This document shows, piece after piece, positions 8,443-18,431 of a DNA stretch of 48,972 bases. The stretch covers positions 6,976 through 55,947 of the forward strand of contig CAZNLS010000003.1 of the NCBI GenBank assembly GCA_964573895.1. The letters are read 5' to 3'. Source of the DNA: an uncultured Clostridia bacterium (GTDB lineage: Bacteria > Acidobacteriota > Aminicenantia > UBA2199). The notes under the pieces are model-generated. The model was not told where the DNA came from. It saw only the letters and a program-made list of their open reading frames with translations, and ran no database searches. The translations under genes and the position numbers were made by a program. Position 1 is the first letter of the stretch. Each line of letters begins with the position of its first letter.

Positions 8443-9902
8443 TGAGAATATCGGAAATTTTAAATAAAGTTGAGTTTATCTCATTTTCAGGTAACTCAAA
8501 TAAAAATATTACAGATATCCACTATGATTCTCGTCAGATTGTTCCGGGATGCTGTTTTACAGCAATTGAAGGATCAAGATTTAACGGGAACAATTTTATA
8601 GGAGATGCGGTTTCGCGCGGAGCCGAAATGGTAGTTTCATGCAATGAAAGTGACAGGAATTATAAAAATCCGGCTTGGCTAAGGGTCAAGAATGTAAGAA
8701 AAACACTTGGTGTTTTATCTGAAATAATCTTTAACTATCCGCTTAGAGAGAAAAATGTGATTGGTGTCACGGGGACAAATGGGAAAACCAGTGTGGTTTC
8801 AATGATATACGGGATAAAAAAAAGAATTGAAAAACCGGTAAAGATAGGAACTCTCGGGATGGAAATAAATAATATTCATAAAAAATCTTTTCTTACTACT
8901 CCCGAGATAAGTGATCTATTCAGATTTTTATCTATTGATTGCAATAATAATTTTGATTCGGTAATTATGGAAGTTTCATCTGCTGCATTAGCAATGAACC
9001 GGGTAGAAAATATTGAATTTTCTCAGGCGGTATTCACAAATTTTTCAGGAGATCATCTCGATTTCCACGGTAATATGAACTCCTATTTTGAAGCCAAGCT
9101 ATCTCTGTTTGACAGATTGTCCGGAAACGGGACTGCTGTTTTAAATATTGAAGATCCAATGTCAGATAAGATCATAGACAGAATTAACAGTAAGTTTATA
9201 ACTTATGGATTCAATAAAAATGCAGATGTATATCCAATTGATTATAAGTTAAGTATGAATGGAATTGAAGCAAAAATAGAAACACCTGCCGGAATGATCA
9301 GGATAGACTGTCCTCTGCTTGGCAGAATTAATCTTCTAAATATTTTAGCGGCGGTTGCGTCATCAACTGTTTCAGAAGTAAGGATAGTTGATATTGAAGA
9401 TGGTATTTCCGGATTTCAGCAGATTACAGGCAGATTAAATGTAGTTTATAAGAATGATTTCACTGTACTTGTTGATTATGCTCATACCGATGATGCATTA
9501 AAAAATCTTCTGATATCTCTCAGGGAACTAACTGAAAAGCGGATTATTCTTATCTTTGGAGCAGGCGGATCACGGGATAAAACTAAAAGGCCAAGAATGG
9601 GAAGGGCAGCTTGTGAGTATTCTGATTTTGTTATAGTTACAAGTGATAATCCGAGAAATGAAGATCCGATGGAAATTATTTCTGATATCAAAAAAGGATT
9701 TTTAGATGGTTTTTCGGAATATGTTGTTGAAGCCAACAGAAAAAAAGCTATATCAGCCGCTATTTCGGAAGCGGATCCGGGTGATATAGTAGTGATCGCA
9801 GGAAAAGGACATGAAGACTACCAGATATTTAAAGAGCGAACAATTCACTTTGACGATAGAGAAGTTGTAACTTCAATTATTAAGGAGGGTTTCAGTGCCT
9901 GA
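8442..9902 (+). CDS. murE: UDP-N-acetylmuramoyl-L-alanyl-D-glutamate--2,6-diaminopimelate ligase
   Basis: 486-aa ORF with the Mur ligase P-loop GVTGTNGKTS and the DNPR motif (SDNPRNEDP) that marks meso-DAP-adding MurE. Has a TAATG overlap with ftsI. Confidence 0.93.
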   Translation: MRISEILNKVEFISFSGNSNKNITDIHYDSRQIVPGCCFTAIEGSRFNGNNFIGDAVSRGAEMVVSCNESDRNYKNPAWLRVKNVRKTLGVLSEIIFNYPLREKNVIGVTGTNGKTSVVSMIYGIKKRIEKPVKIGTLGMEINNIHKKSFLTTPEISDLFRFLSIDCNNNFDSVIMEVSSAALAMNRVENIEFSQAVFTNFSGDHLDFHGNMNSYFEAKLSLFDRLSGNGTAVLNIEDPMSDKIIDRINSKFITYGFNKNADVYPIDYKLSMNGIEAKIETPAGMIRIDCPLLGRINLLNILAAVASSTVSEVRIVDIEDGISGFQQITGRLNVVYKNDFTVLVDYAHTDDALKNLLISLRELTEKRIILIFGAGGSRDKTKRPRMGRAACEYSDFVIVTSDNPRNEDPMEIISDIKKGFLDGFSEYVVEANRKKAISAAISEADPGDIVVIAGKGHEDYQIFKERTIHFDDREVVTSIIKEGFSA

Positions 9903-11280
9903 TCTTTCATTCAGGGAAATTGCCGATGCAATTGGTGGTGATATATACAATTTTTCAAAAGATTTTATTATATCTGATTTCCAGTTTGACTCACGAAATA
10001 TAGTTGAGAAGCCCACACTATTCTTTGCACTTAATTCCGATTCCGGTGACGGTCACAAATATGTCCCTGATCTTAAAAGAAGTGATGTCGGGGCGGTTGT
10101 AAACAATGATTTTGATAAAAATTTGACAAATATTCCTCTAATATCGGTCGATAACACGTTGAGTGCTGCTCACAAATTAGCATCATTTATAAGGAGTAAA
10201 TTCAGTAAGATCAGGTATATAGGAGTAACCGGCAGTGCCGGAAAAACAACCACGAAAGAATTCATTGCAGAATTATTGTCTGAGAAATTCAAAGTTTTCA
10301 GATCATTTGAAAACTGGAATAACTGGATAGGGATGCCGTTTTCCTTAATGGGAATTGACGGAGATGAAGATTTTGCGGTTTTCGAGCTGGCTATGAGTTA
10401 CCCCGGTATAGGAGAAATCGATCTACTTGCAGAAATACTGAGACCGGATATTGCAATAATATTAAATGTATTTCCCGTTCATATGGAGTTTTTAAAAACT
10501 CTCGAAAATGTAGCAAAGGGAAAGATTGAAATTCTGAACTACCTTGATTCTGATTCAATTGCATTTGTTTCCGGAGATTCTGATCATATTCTTGATGCGG
10601 CACAAGGCAAAAAAGGGAGAATAATCTTTTTTGGAAGAGATTATGAGAAAAACAATATTGTATTGGACAAAATAGAGAGAGGAAAAACAGGTTCAGTAAT
10701 AACTGCTGATTTTTTTGGAATTGAATCCGATTTTAATACTTCTCTGATTAACAGTGTCCATCTTGAAAATTTGTTCCCGGCGATTTTAACTGCCCAGAAC
10801 TGCGGAATGAAAAACTGGGAAATACAAAAAGCAATAAAAAATATTAAACCGATATCCAACAGGGGAGCGGTTAAAAAACTGGGAAATTTTACAGTTATTG
10901 ATGAAACATATAATTCAAATCCCATTGCATTGGAAAAAACACTAAAGTGGGTTGACTCTGAATATTCAGAAAAAAAAATTGCAGTTATCGGAGATATGCT
11001 TGAACTGGGCGAATTAGAAGATTCCTTTCATAGTAAAGCAGGAAAATATTTCGCAAGCCTTGACTATTCCCGCCTGGTAACGGTTGGGATCAGAGCAAAA
11101 AAGATAGCTGAGGGTGCAAGCCAGGAGGGGTTTCCCGAAGCTCATATAAACTCTTTTGAAAATGCAGTTGAAGCGGGAAAATTTTTAAAGAATTTCAATA
11201 GTGAAAAATATGTAATACTCTTTAAAGCCTCCCGGGGAATAGCACTTGAGAATGCGATGAAGGAACTGGACAATGAATAA
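9895..11280 (+). CDS. murF: UDP-N-acetylmuramoyl-tripeptide--D-alanyl-D-alanine ligase
   Basis: 461-aa ORF with the GVTGSAGKTTTKE P-loop and the IDETYNSNP motif. Sits in the conserved position after murE. Confidence 0.9.
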   Translation: MPDLSFREIADAIGGDIYNFSKDFIISDFQFDSRNIVEKPTLFFALNSDSGDGHKYVPDLKRSDVGAVVNNDFDKNLTNIPLISVDNTLSAAHKLASFIRSKFSKIRYIGVTGSAGKTTTKEFIAELLSEKFKVFRSFENWNNWIGMPFSLMGIDGDEDFAVFELAMSYPGIGEIDLLAEILRPDIAIILNVFPVHMEFLKTLENVAKGKIEILNYLDSDSIAFVSGDSDHILDAAQGKKGRIIFFGRDYEKNNIVLDKIERGKTGSVITADFFGIESDFNTSLINSVHLENLFPAILTAQNCGMKNWEIQKAIKNIKPISNRGAVKKLGNFTVIDETYNSNPIALEKTLKWVDSEYSEKKIAVIGDMLELGELEDSFHSKAGKYFASLDYSRLVTVGIRAKKIAEGASQEGFPEAHINSFENAVEAGKFLKNFNSEKYVILFKASRGIALENAMKELDNE

Positions 11281-12652
11281 AGGAATTGGAATTGTCGGAT
11301 ATGGAAAAACAGGGAAAGGTGTTCTCAATTTTCTTGCAGAAAAAGGATTCGGAGAGCCTGTAGTAATCTATGATGATAACTTAAAAAAAAAGATTGATAC
11401 TCAAAATTTTAATTCTTTGGCCGACATTACGGTGCTCAAAGGTCCCAATGAATTTGATAAACTTAAAACCCTCGGGACGATTGTTCTCAGTCCGGGTATA
11501 AACGGCCGTGAATCGAGGTTTGACACTCTGCGTAATTCAAATGTTGAAATAGTATCTGAAGTTGAATTTGCTTCAAGATATATATCAAATCCAATCATTG
11601 CCGTTACCGGAAGTAACGGGAAGTCAACAACGGTAAGCCTGATCCATCATTTCCTTCAACATGGAGGGAAAAAATCTGTTTTATGTGGAAATATAGGCAC
11701 TCCGTTTATATCTGTGATCAGCCTCATTGATGCTGATGCTATTGTTGTCATTGAAGTATCAAGTTTTCAGCTTGAAGAGATAAAAAAATTTAAACCCTTT
11801 GTTTCTGTTTTTCTTAATATTACGCCAGATCACCTGGACAGGTATCCGGAATTTGAAAATTATAAAACAGCAAAGATGAATTTACTGAAAAATCAGACAG
11901 AAGATGATTATATTATATTTAATTTTAATGATAGTGAACTTCAAAATTTTTATTTGCGGAATAGTGAAAAAATTCTGTCGAATTTGCTTTGGTTCCGGGG
12001 AAGAGAATTTAAACCCGAATTAAATGCATACTTAAAAGAGGGCAAAATTGCTATTGAAATTAATGGGACAAATGAATTGATTAATCTGGCATCTAATCCC
12101 CTTATAGGAGATTACAATGTTGAAAATATCATGGCTGCGGCTCTTGCAGCTGCAATCACCGGTGCGGATATAAAAGCTTTTTCCAAAAGTTTATCGAGTT
12201 TTTACGGTCTGCCTCACAGGGTTGAATTTTGTGGTTCGATAAACAATGTAAATTTTGTGAATGATTCAAAAGCTACAAATATTGATGCTGCATTGAAGGC
12301 AGTGTCAGGAATCGAGGGGGACATTGTAATTATCGTCGGGGGAAAAGATAAGGGTGGTGATTTTACGGCATTTTCAGATTATATTGGCAAAAATGTCAAA
12401 AAAGTTCTCTTAATTGGAGAGGCTTCAAAGATAATTGAAGATCAACTTTGTGCAAAGAAGAATTTTCTAAAAAACATTAAATCAATGTATGAGGGAGTTT
12501 TAACCGGATATTCGATCCTGAAAGAGTCGGGAGGGACTCTGTTATTATCACCGGGATGTGCCAGTTATGATATGTACAATAATTTTGAGGAACGCGGCAA
12601 TGATTTTAAATCGGCAGTAAATAGATTTATAGGTGAAATGCAGAATGGTTAA
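11273..12652 (+). CDS. murD: UDP-N-acetylmuramoylalanine--D-glutamate ligase
   Basis: 459-aa ORF with the N-terminal Rossmann motif GIVGYGKTG, the AVTGSNGKSTT P-loop and the MurD hallmark NDSKATN. Confidence 0.93.
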   Translation: MNKGIGIVGYGKTGKGVLNFLAEKGFGEPVVIYDDNLKKKIDTQNFNSLADITVLKGPNEFDKLKTLGTIVLSPGINGRESRFDTLRNSNVEIVSEVEFASRYISNPIIAVTGSNGKSTTVSLIHHFLQHGGKKSVLCGNIGTPFISVISLIDADAIVVIEVSSFQLEEIKKFKPFVSVFLNITPDHLDRYPEFENYKTAKMNLLKNQTEDDYIIFNFNDSELQNFYLRNSEKILSNLLWFRGREFKPELNAYLKEGKIAIEINGTNELINLASNPLIGDYNVENIMAAALAAAITGADIKAFSKSLSSFYGLPHRVEFCGSINNVNFVNDSKATNIDAALKAVSGIEGDIVIIVGGKDKGGDFTAFSDYIGKNVKKVLLIGEASKIIEDQLCAKKNFLKNIKSMYEGVLTGYSILKESGGTLLLSPGCASYDMYNNFEERGNDFKSAVNRFIGEMQNG

Positions 12653-13751
12653 AAGTGTAGGAATTGACAAGGTCCTGATGATAACATTAACGATGCTTAT
12701 ACTATTCGGCCTTATCATGGTTTACAGTTCAACAATGATAATTGCAAAAGAGAGGCATGGGGACAGCTTCTATTTTTTGAAAAGGCAGCTTCTCTGGCTA
12801 TTTTTAGGATTCATAATCTTTTCAATCATTGTTTCCCTGAAGAAGCCGCTATTTTTAAAAAGGAATTTTGTATTCTTTTTTTTACTTTTATGCTTGGCGG
12901 GATTGATTATGGTATTTTTTACCGGAAAAATAAATAACAGTTTCAGATGGATAAAACTCGCTGGATTTTCGATCCAGCCCTCAGAATTTGCAAAAATATC
13001 CGTAGTATTGTACCTTGCATTCAGCCTGAGCAGAAAAAAATCAGATGTAAATGACCTGAAAAAGCTTGCAGTAATACTTGCTCCTGTTATAGTCGCTGAA
13101 ATTCTTATTCTTCGTGAGCCGGATTTTGGAACATTTGCACTGATACTTCTTGTTACAGTTGTTATGCTGTACGTTTCAGGTCTACGGATATCTTATATTT
13201 TTACCAGTCTTTTCTTCCTCCTGCCATCATTTATTCTTCTCATTAAAATGAATCCTGAAAAGATGAACAGGATCCTTGCTTTTATGAATCCTGAAGCATA
13301 CTCTTCCACATACGGATTCCAGACTCTTCAGTCCATTTATGGTATTGGTTCAGGGGGGATATTCGGGCAGGGACTTGGGAATTCGGTACAAAAACTATAC
13401 TTTCTCCCTTATGCATACTCAGATTTTATTTTTTCAGTGATTGGAGAGGAAGTAGGTCTGATCGGATCCATTCTAATTTTATCACTGTTTTTTATTTTTC
13501 TTGCCCGTGGATTGAATATAGCTAAAATGTCCGGAAACAGCTATACATATATGCTTGTAACGGGACTTACTTTTATGATTGTTTTTCAGGCAATGATAAA
13601 TATATCGGTTACAATAGGACTATTTCCGACAAAAGGTATTCCGCTGCCTTTTATTTCCAGCGGGGGAAGTTCGCTGATATCAAGTATGATTATGACAGGA
13701 ATCATTCTGAATATATCAAGACATAGGAAAATGGTGCTCTTAAATGATTAG
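12633..13751 (+). CDS. ftsW: peptidoglycan glycosyltransferase FtsW (SEDS family)
   Basis: 372-aa polytopic membrane ORF with SEDS motifs (QPSEFAK, GLGNS, LPYAYSDFIF, GIPLPFISSGGSS). Confidence 0.9.
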   Translation: MKCRMVKSVGIDKVLMITLTMLILFGLIMVYSSTMIIAKERHGDSFYFLKRQLLWLFLGFIIFSIIVSLKKPLFLKRNFVFFFLLLCLAGLIMVFFTGKINNSFRWIKLAGFSIQPSEFAKISVVLYLAFSLSRKKSDVNDLKKLAVILAPVIVAEILILREPDFGTFALILLVTVVMLYVSGLRISYIFTSLFFLLPSFILLIKMNPEKMNRILAFMNPEAYSSTYGFQTLQSIYGIGSGGIFGQGLGNSVQKLYFLPYAYSDFIFSVIGEEVGLIGSILILSLFFIFLARGLNIAKMSGNSYTYMLVTGLTFMIVFQAMINISVTIGLFPTKGIPLPFISSGGSSLISSMIMTGIILNISRHRKMVLLND

Positions 13752-15129
13752 ATTCAGCAAGGTTAAAAGAATACATTTTGTCGGGATTGGCGGAGCAGGA
13801 ATGTCCGGGATAGCGGAAGTCTTAAAAAATATGGGATTTTCAGTTACCGGGTCCGATATAGCGGAGAGCAGTGTTATTAACAATTTAAGAGACAAAGGGA
13901 TAAAGATCACTATCGGGCATAAACCCCAAAACATAGGTCTTGCTGAAACTCTAGTTTTTTCAAGTGCTATAACCCGCAATAACCCTGAAATAAAAGAGGC
14001 ACTGAAAAATAAAATCCCGGTTATCCCCAGAGCAGAAATGCTGGCAGAGTTGATGAGAGTTAAATATTCAATTTCTATTGCGGGAACTCATGGTAAAACG
14101 ACTACTACATCAATGCTTGCAACAATTCTAAGCATGGCCGGGAAAGATCCGACCTATGTTGTAGGCGGAAAACTAATGATGCAGGAGAGTGGAGCAAAAC
14201 TTGGAAAATCCAATTACCTTGTAGCTGAAGCAGATGAATCTGATGGAAGTTTTCTTAGTCTTTTCCCTACGATTGCAATAATAACAAATATTGAAGATGA
14301 TCATCTTGACTATTATAAAAATATAAACAATCTAAAGAAGGCATTTAAAAATTTTGGCAATAAGGTTCCTTTTTACGGTCTAGTTGTGATGAATTCAGAT
14401 TGTAATGTATCGGGCAAAATTATAAAAAAGCTTAATAAAAGAGTGAGGTTGTTCGGATTGTCGGAAAAGGCTGATATCAGGGCAAAGAATATAAAAACCT
14501 CCCTGAGAAATTCTGAGTACGATCTGATGATTGACGGGAAACAGGCGGGGAAAGTAAAAATGAAAATTCCCGGGCTTCATAATATCATGAATTCGCTGGC
14601 AGCTGTGGCTGCATCCATCGAAGCGGGGATTGAACCGGATATTATTATAAACGGACTAAAAAATTTCTCTTTACCCGAACGAAGGCTTCAGACCCTGCTT
14701 GACAGGGGAGGAGTATTTGTTGCAGATGATTACGCTCATCATCCGACTGAGATAAAATCAACTCTTAGTGTGTTTGAAGGAAGCGAATACAAAAGGGTTA
14801 TTGCCGTTTTCCAGCCACATCGGTTTACCAGGCTGCAGATATTTATGGGAGAGTTTGGAAAATCATTTGGTGCTGCTGATCTTGTTATAATTGCAAAGCT
14901 TTACGGAGCAAATCAGAAGGAAATAAAAAATGTGAACAGCGGAACTCTTGTTAAAATGATGAAAAAGGATAGTAATAAGAACGTAGTCTATATTGAAGAT
15001 TTTGAGGAAATCAAATCTTTTTTACTCAGAGAGGTTAAATCCGGAGATGCCATAGTATTTCTTTCGGCAGGGAATCTGACGAAGACCGCACATGAGTTTG
15101 CAGATCAACTTGGAGAAAAGATAAAATGA
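13744..15129 (+). CDS. murC: UDP-N-acetylmuramate--L-alanine ligase
   Basis: 461-aa ORF with IHFVGIGGAGMSGIAEVL, GTHGKTTTTSM and DDYAHHP motifs. Confidence 0.93.
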   Translation: MIRFSKVKRIHFVGIGGAGMSGIAEVLKNMGFSVTGSDIAESSVINNLRDKGIKITIGHKPQNIGLAETLVFSSAITRNNPEIKEALKNKIPVIPRAEMLAELMRVKYSISIAGTHGKTTTTSMLATILSMAGKDPTYVVGGKLMMQESGAKLGKSNYLVAEADESDGSFLSLFPTIAIITNIEDDHLDYYKNINNLKKAFKNFGNKVPFYGLVVMNSDCNVSGKIIKKLNKRVRLFGLSEKADIRAKNIKTSLRNSEYDLMIDGKQAGKVKMKIPGLHNIMNSLAAVAASIEAGIEPDIIINGLKNFSLPERRLQTLLDRGGVFVADDYAHHPTEIKSTLSVFEGSEYKRVIAVFQPHRFTRLQIFMGEFGKSFGAADLVIIAKLYGANQKEIKNVNSGTLVKMMKKDSNKNVVYIEDFEEIKSFLLREVKSGDAIVFLSAGNLTKTAHEFADQLGEKIK

Positions 15130-15917
15130 GGCAGATTGGTTTGAATCCGGGAAATGAGATTGAATTTTTAAGAAAAAATAATAACAGAAATCTTCATAAG
15201 AGCAAGAGAATAAGGTCGATAAAAGTCAGATCGTTTCACCTGGTATTAATAATACTCATTTTTATTTTTACCGGATATGGTGCATTTAAAGCGGGCAAGT
15301 TTATCACCGGCTGGGATTTTTTATCTGTAAAAAAATATAAACTGATAAATTCACCTGTTTTTATGAAGGTCAGAATAGAGAAAATTCTCAAAAAACACAG
15401 AGGTAATATCTTATCTATAGACCTTGGAAAGTTAAGAAGAGATCTGTTGACAATTAAAGAAGTCAGGGAGGTAAATATTTCAAGAAGGCTGCCTTCTACG
15501 TTATCAGTAACTTTTTTTCTCAGAAAGCCGGTTTTTCAATTTAAGAAAAACGGAACATACAGAATTGCAGACAGAGAAGGTGTTGTCATTTCCAGAATGA
15601 AAAAACCCGTTCCCGGACTTATTAACATAAAACTCTCGGAAAAGGGAACAATGGAAAAGATCAATTCCAGTCTTGCGGAAATCAGCCATATTAAGAATAT
15701 GATTGAATATGTGACTTATAAAAATCCCTATGGAATTGTCTTGAAATTAAAGAACTTTGAAGAACTTTTTTATACAGGTGATAAAGGATTTATCCCGGGA
15801 ATAAAAAGATATCTGAAATTAAGGAAAATGTTTATTGATAAAGAAAACAGGTTGACAGTCGTTGATCTCAGGTTCAGGGGAAGGCTCTATCTTGGATATG
15901 AGAGGGAGGTTATCTAG
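15126..15917 (+). CDS. ftsQ: cell division protein FtsQ (POTRA domain)
   Basis: 263-aa bitopic ORF with a TM segment (FHLVLIILIFIFTGYGAF). Sits between murC and ftsA and overlaps murC by 4 nt. Confidence 0.7.
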   Translation: MRQIGLNPGNEIEFLRKNNNRNLHKSKRIRSIKVRSFHLVLIILIFIFTGYGAFKAGKFITGWDFLSVKKYKLINSPVFMKVRIEKILKKHRGNILSIDLGKLRRDLLTIKEVREVNISRRLPSTLSVTFFLRKPVFQFKKNGTYRIADREGVVISRMKKPVPGLINIKLSEKGTMEKINSSLAEISHIKNMIEYVTYKNPYGIVLKLKNFEELFYTGDKGFIPGIKRYLKLRKMFIDKENRLTVVDLRFRGRLYLGYEREVI

Positions 15918-17141
15918 ATGAAAAATAATTTTTTAGTTGGCATTGATGTAGGGACGAATAAAGTCAGTACTATAATCGGGCAGGTAAAAACCGAAGACGG
16001 TAAAGATGAAATAGAGGTAATAGGATATGGTGTTTCGGATTCCTCGGGGATGAAAAGAGGAGTTATCGTTGACATGAATAATACTGTCGAAGATATAAAA
16101 AAATCTGTTAAGGAAGCCGAACTTACAGCGGGAGTGGAAGTTGAATCCGCATATATCAATATTTCCGGAAGTCATATCCAGTCTATTAGTGCCAAGGGAA
16201 GCATAAATATAACAGGCAGCAGGAATCGTGAAATCACAAAGGATGATGTAGACAGAGCGATCACACATGGCAGCAGCATTATGCTTCCGAATAATAAAGA
16301 TATAATACATGTTCTTCCTCAGGAATTTATCATTGATTCGCAGGAAGATATAAAAAATCCTGTTGGAATGACAGGAACCAGCCTTGAAGTGTACATTCTT
16401 ATTGTAACGGCTGCAAGAGCTGCAACCAGGAACCTCCTCATCTGTTTGAAGAAGGCAAAAATTGATGTTTTGAAAATGGTGCTGTCACATATTGCTACTT
16501 CCGAGGCAGTACTGACACCCGATGAGAAGGAACTGGGTGTATTGATGATTGACATAGGCGGTGGTACAACTGATTTTGCAATATATGAGAAGGGAGCTTT
16601 GAAGTTTTCTTCAACAATCGGAGTCGGTGGATTTAATTTTACAAATGACCTTGCAATCGGAACCAGGACGCCGATTGACAAAGCGGAAATGATCAAGAGA
16701 AAATTCGGAAGCGGACTTGACCCTAATCTCAGAAATCAGAATATCGAAATCCCGAGTGTCGGGGGGAAAAAGATCAGACTGATCAATCCATCGTTATTAA
16801 CGGAAATTTTAAAACCAAGGGCGGAAGAAATTTTTGAAATGGTTAAATCCAGGATCGAGCAGGAAGGTCTTGAGAATAAAATAAATGCCGGGGTTGTTCT
16901 TACCGGAGGGACGTCACAACTGGATGGACTTCTTGAGATAGCGGATGAAATATTTGCTGCTCCGATCAGGATAGGTAAACCTTTTGGTCTCGGAGGCTTG
17001 ATTGATAAAGTTGATACTCCTGATTTTTCGACATCTCTGGGATTAATAAAATACGGTCTCCTTGATATGAGGAACCGAGGCGTAATAACCCGGTCATCAA
17101 CCGGTATTGTTCAAAAAATTAAAGATTTTTTGGGGTTTTAG
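15918..17141 (+). CDS. ftsA: cell division protein FtsA
   Basis: 407-aa actin-fold ORF with VGIDVGTNKV, DIGGGTTD and VLTGGTSQL motifs. Confidence 0.93.
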   Translation: MKNNFLVGIDVGTNKVSTIIGQVKTEDGKDEIEVIGYGVSDSSGMKRGVIVDMNNTVEDIKKSVKEAELTAGVEVESAYINISGSHIQSISAKGSINITGSRNREITKDDVDRAITHGSSIMLPNNKDIIHVLPQEFIIDSQEDIKNPVGMTGTSLEVYILIVTAARAATRNLLICLKKAKIDVLKMVLSHIATSEAVLTPDEKELGVLMIDIGGGTTDFAIYEKGALKFSSTIGVGGFNFTNDLAIGTRTPIDKAEMIKRKFGSGLDPNLRNQNIEIPSVGGKKIRLINPSLLTEILKPRAEEIFEMVKSRIEQEGLENKINAGVVLTGGTSQLDGLLEIADEIFAAPIRIGKPFGLGGLIDKVDTPDFSTSLGLIKYGLLDMRNRGVITRSSTGIVQKIKDFLGF

Positions 17142-17150
17142 GAGGTATAA

Positions 17151-18428
17151 ATGAATGATGAAGTAAAGATCACCATGAAAAAAGAGAGAAAGAAAGGAGC
17201 TGTCCTGAAAGTTATCGGGATTGGCGGAGGAGGCGGAAATGCGATCAACAGAATGATAGAGGAAAAACTTTCCGGAGTGGATTTTATTGCTGTTAATACC
17301 GATCTTCAGGATCTCTCCACGATAATACCTCCCGCGTTTCCTCTTCAAATAGGTGAAAAGCTTACAAAAGGACTTGGAAGCGGATCAAATGCGGAAATTG
17401 GCATGCAGGCAGCTCTCGAAAGCACTGATATCATTACCGACACTCTTGAGGGAGCAGACATGGTATTTCTCACAGCTGGAATGGGAGGCGGAACCGGAAC
17501 CGGTGCATCCCAGGTCATTGCAAATCATGCCTCTTCCATGGGCATCCTCACAGTTGCGATAGTAACTAAGCCTTTCGAATTTGAGGGGAGCCACAGACTG
17601 GAAGTAGCTGAAGATGGAGTTAAAAATCTCATTGGAAGTGTCGACGCCATAATTGTTATTCCCAATGAAAAACTGTTTGAAATTGATGAAGAAGATATTC
17701 CTCTCAGGGATTCTTACAGGAAAGTTGATGAAATACTGCTGAAGGCTGTGAGGGGAATTTCAGATATTATAAATACTTCAGGTTTTCAGAATGTGGATTT
17801 TGCAGATGTGAAGTCAACCATGGCTGAGAAAGGAATGACAATGATGGGCACAGGCGAATCAAAGGGCGAAAACAGGGCAGAGGAAGCTGTAAATAAAGCT
17901 CTTAATTCACCGCTTCTTGACAATATATCAATTGACGGGGCAACCGGAGTGCTTTTTAATATTACTACTTCACCAGCTTATCCACTGAGAAGGGATGAGC
18001 TGAAGATTATTGCAGAGACAATACGCGGGCAGGTTTCTCCCAATGTAAAGAGTAAATTCGGTGTGGTTGAGGATGGGAATATGGGCGATATATTGAGGGT
18101 TACTGTGATTGCTACCGGATTTGGCAATGAGAAGAGTTCAAGAAAAGTACATCAAAAAACTCTTCTCGAAGAAGAAATAAAAGCCCCGATAAGAAGAATG
18201 CCGACTCCGGCAAGTGTAAATGGGGATGATGTTTCGAGCCGGAATTTCATGCGAAATGCCGGTAATGAAAATCTCTTAAGAGAGAGGGATGTAACTCCGC
18301 TTAACCTTGTCAAAAACGGGAGGGAATACCTTTCGGAAGGAAATCATCCTAATATTACTCATAGTGATGATATCCCGGAAGAAGATATTCTGGATGTACC
18401 AACATTCCAACGTCCCAAAAGAAGATGA
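17151..18428 (+). CDS. ftsZ: cell division GTPase FtsZ
   Basis: 425-aa ORF with VIGIGGGGGNA, the tubulin signature GGGTGTG, and a C-terminal anchor peptide DILDVPTFQR. Confidence 0.96.
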   Translation: MNDEVKITMKKERKKGAVLKVIGIGGGGGNAINRMIEEKLSGVDFIAVNTDLQDLSTIIPPAFPLQIGEKLTKGLGSGSNAEIGMQAALESTDIITDTLEGADMVFLTAGMGGGTGTGASQVIANHASSMGILTVAIVTKPFEFEGSHRLEVAEDGVKNLIGSVDAIIVIPNEKLFEIDEEDIPLRDSYRKVDEILLKAVRGISDIINTSGFQNVDFADVKSTMAEKGMTMMGTGESKGENRAEEAVNKALNSPLLDNISIDGATGVLFNITTSPAYPLRRDELKIIAETIRGQVSPNVKSKFGVVEDGNMGDILRVTVIATGFGNEKSSRKVHQKTLLEEEIKAPIRRMPTPASVNGDDVSSRNFMRNAGNENLLRERDVTPLNLVKNGREYLSEGNHPNITHSDDIPEEDILDVPTFQRPKRR

Positions 18429-18431
18429 TAA

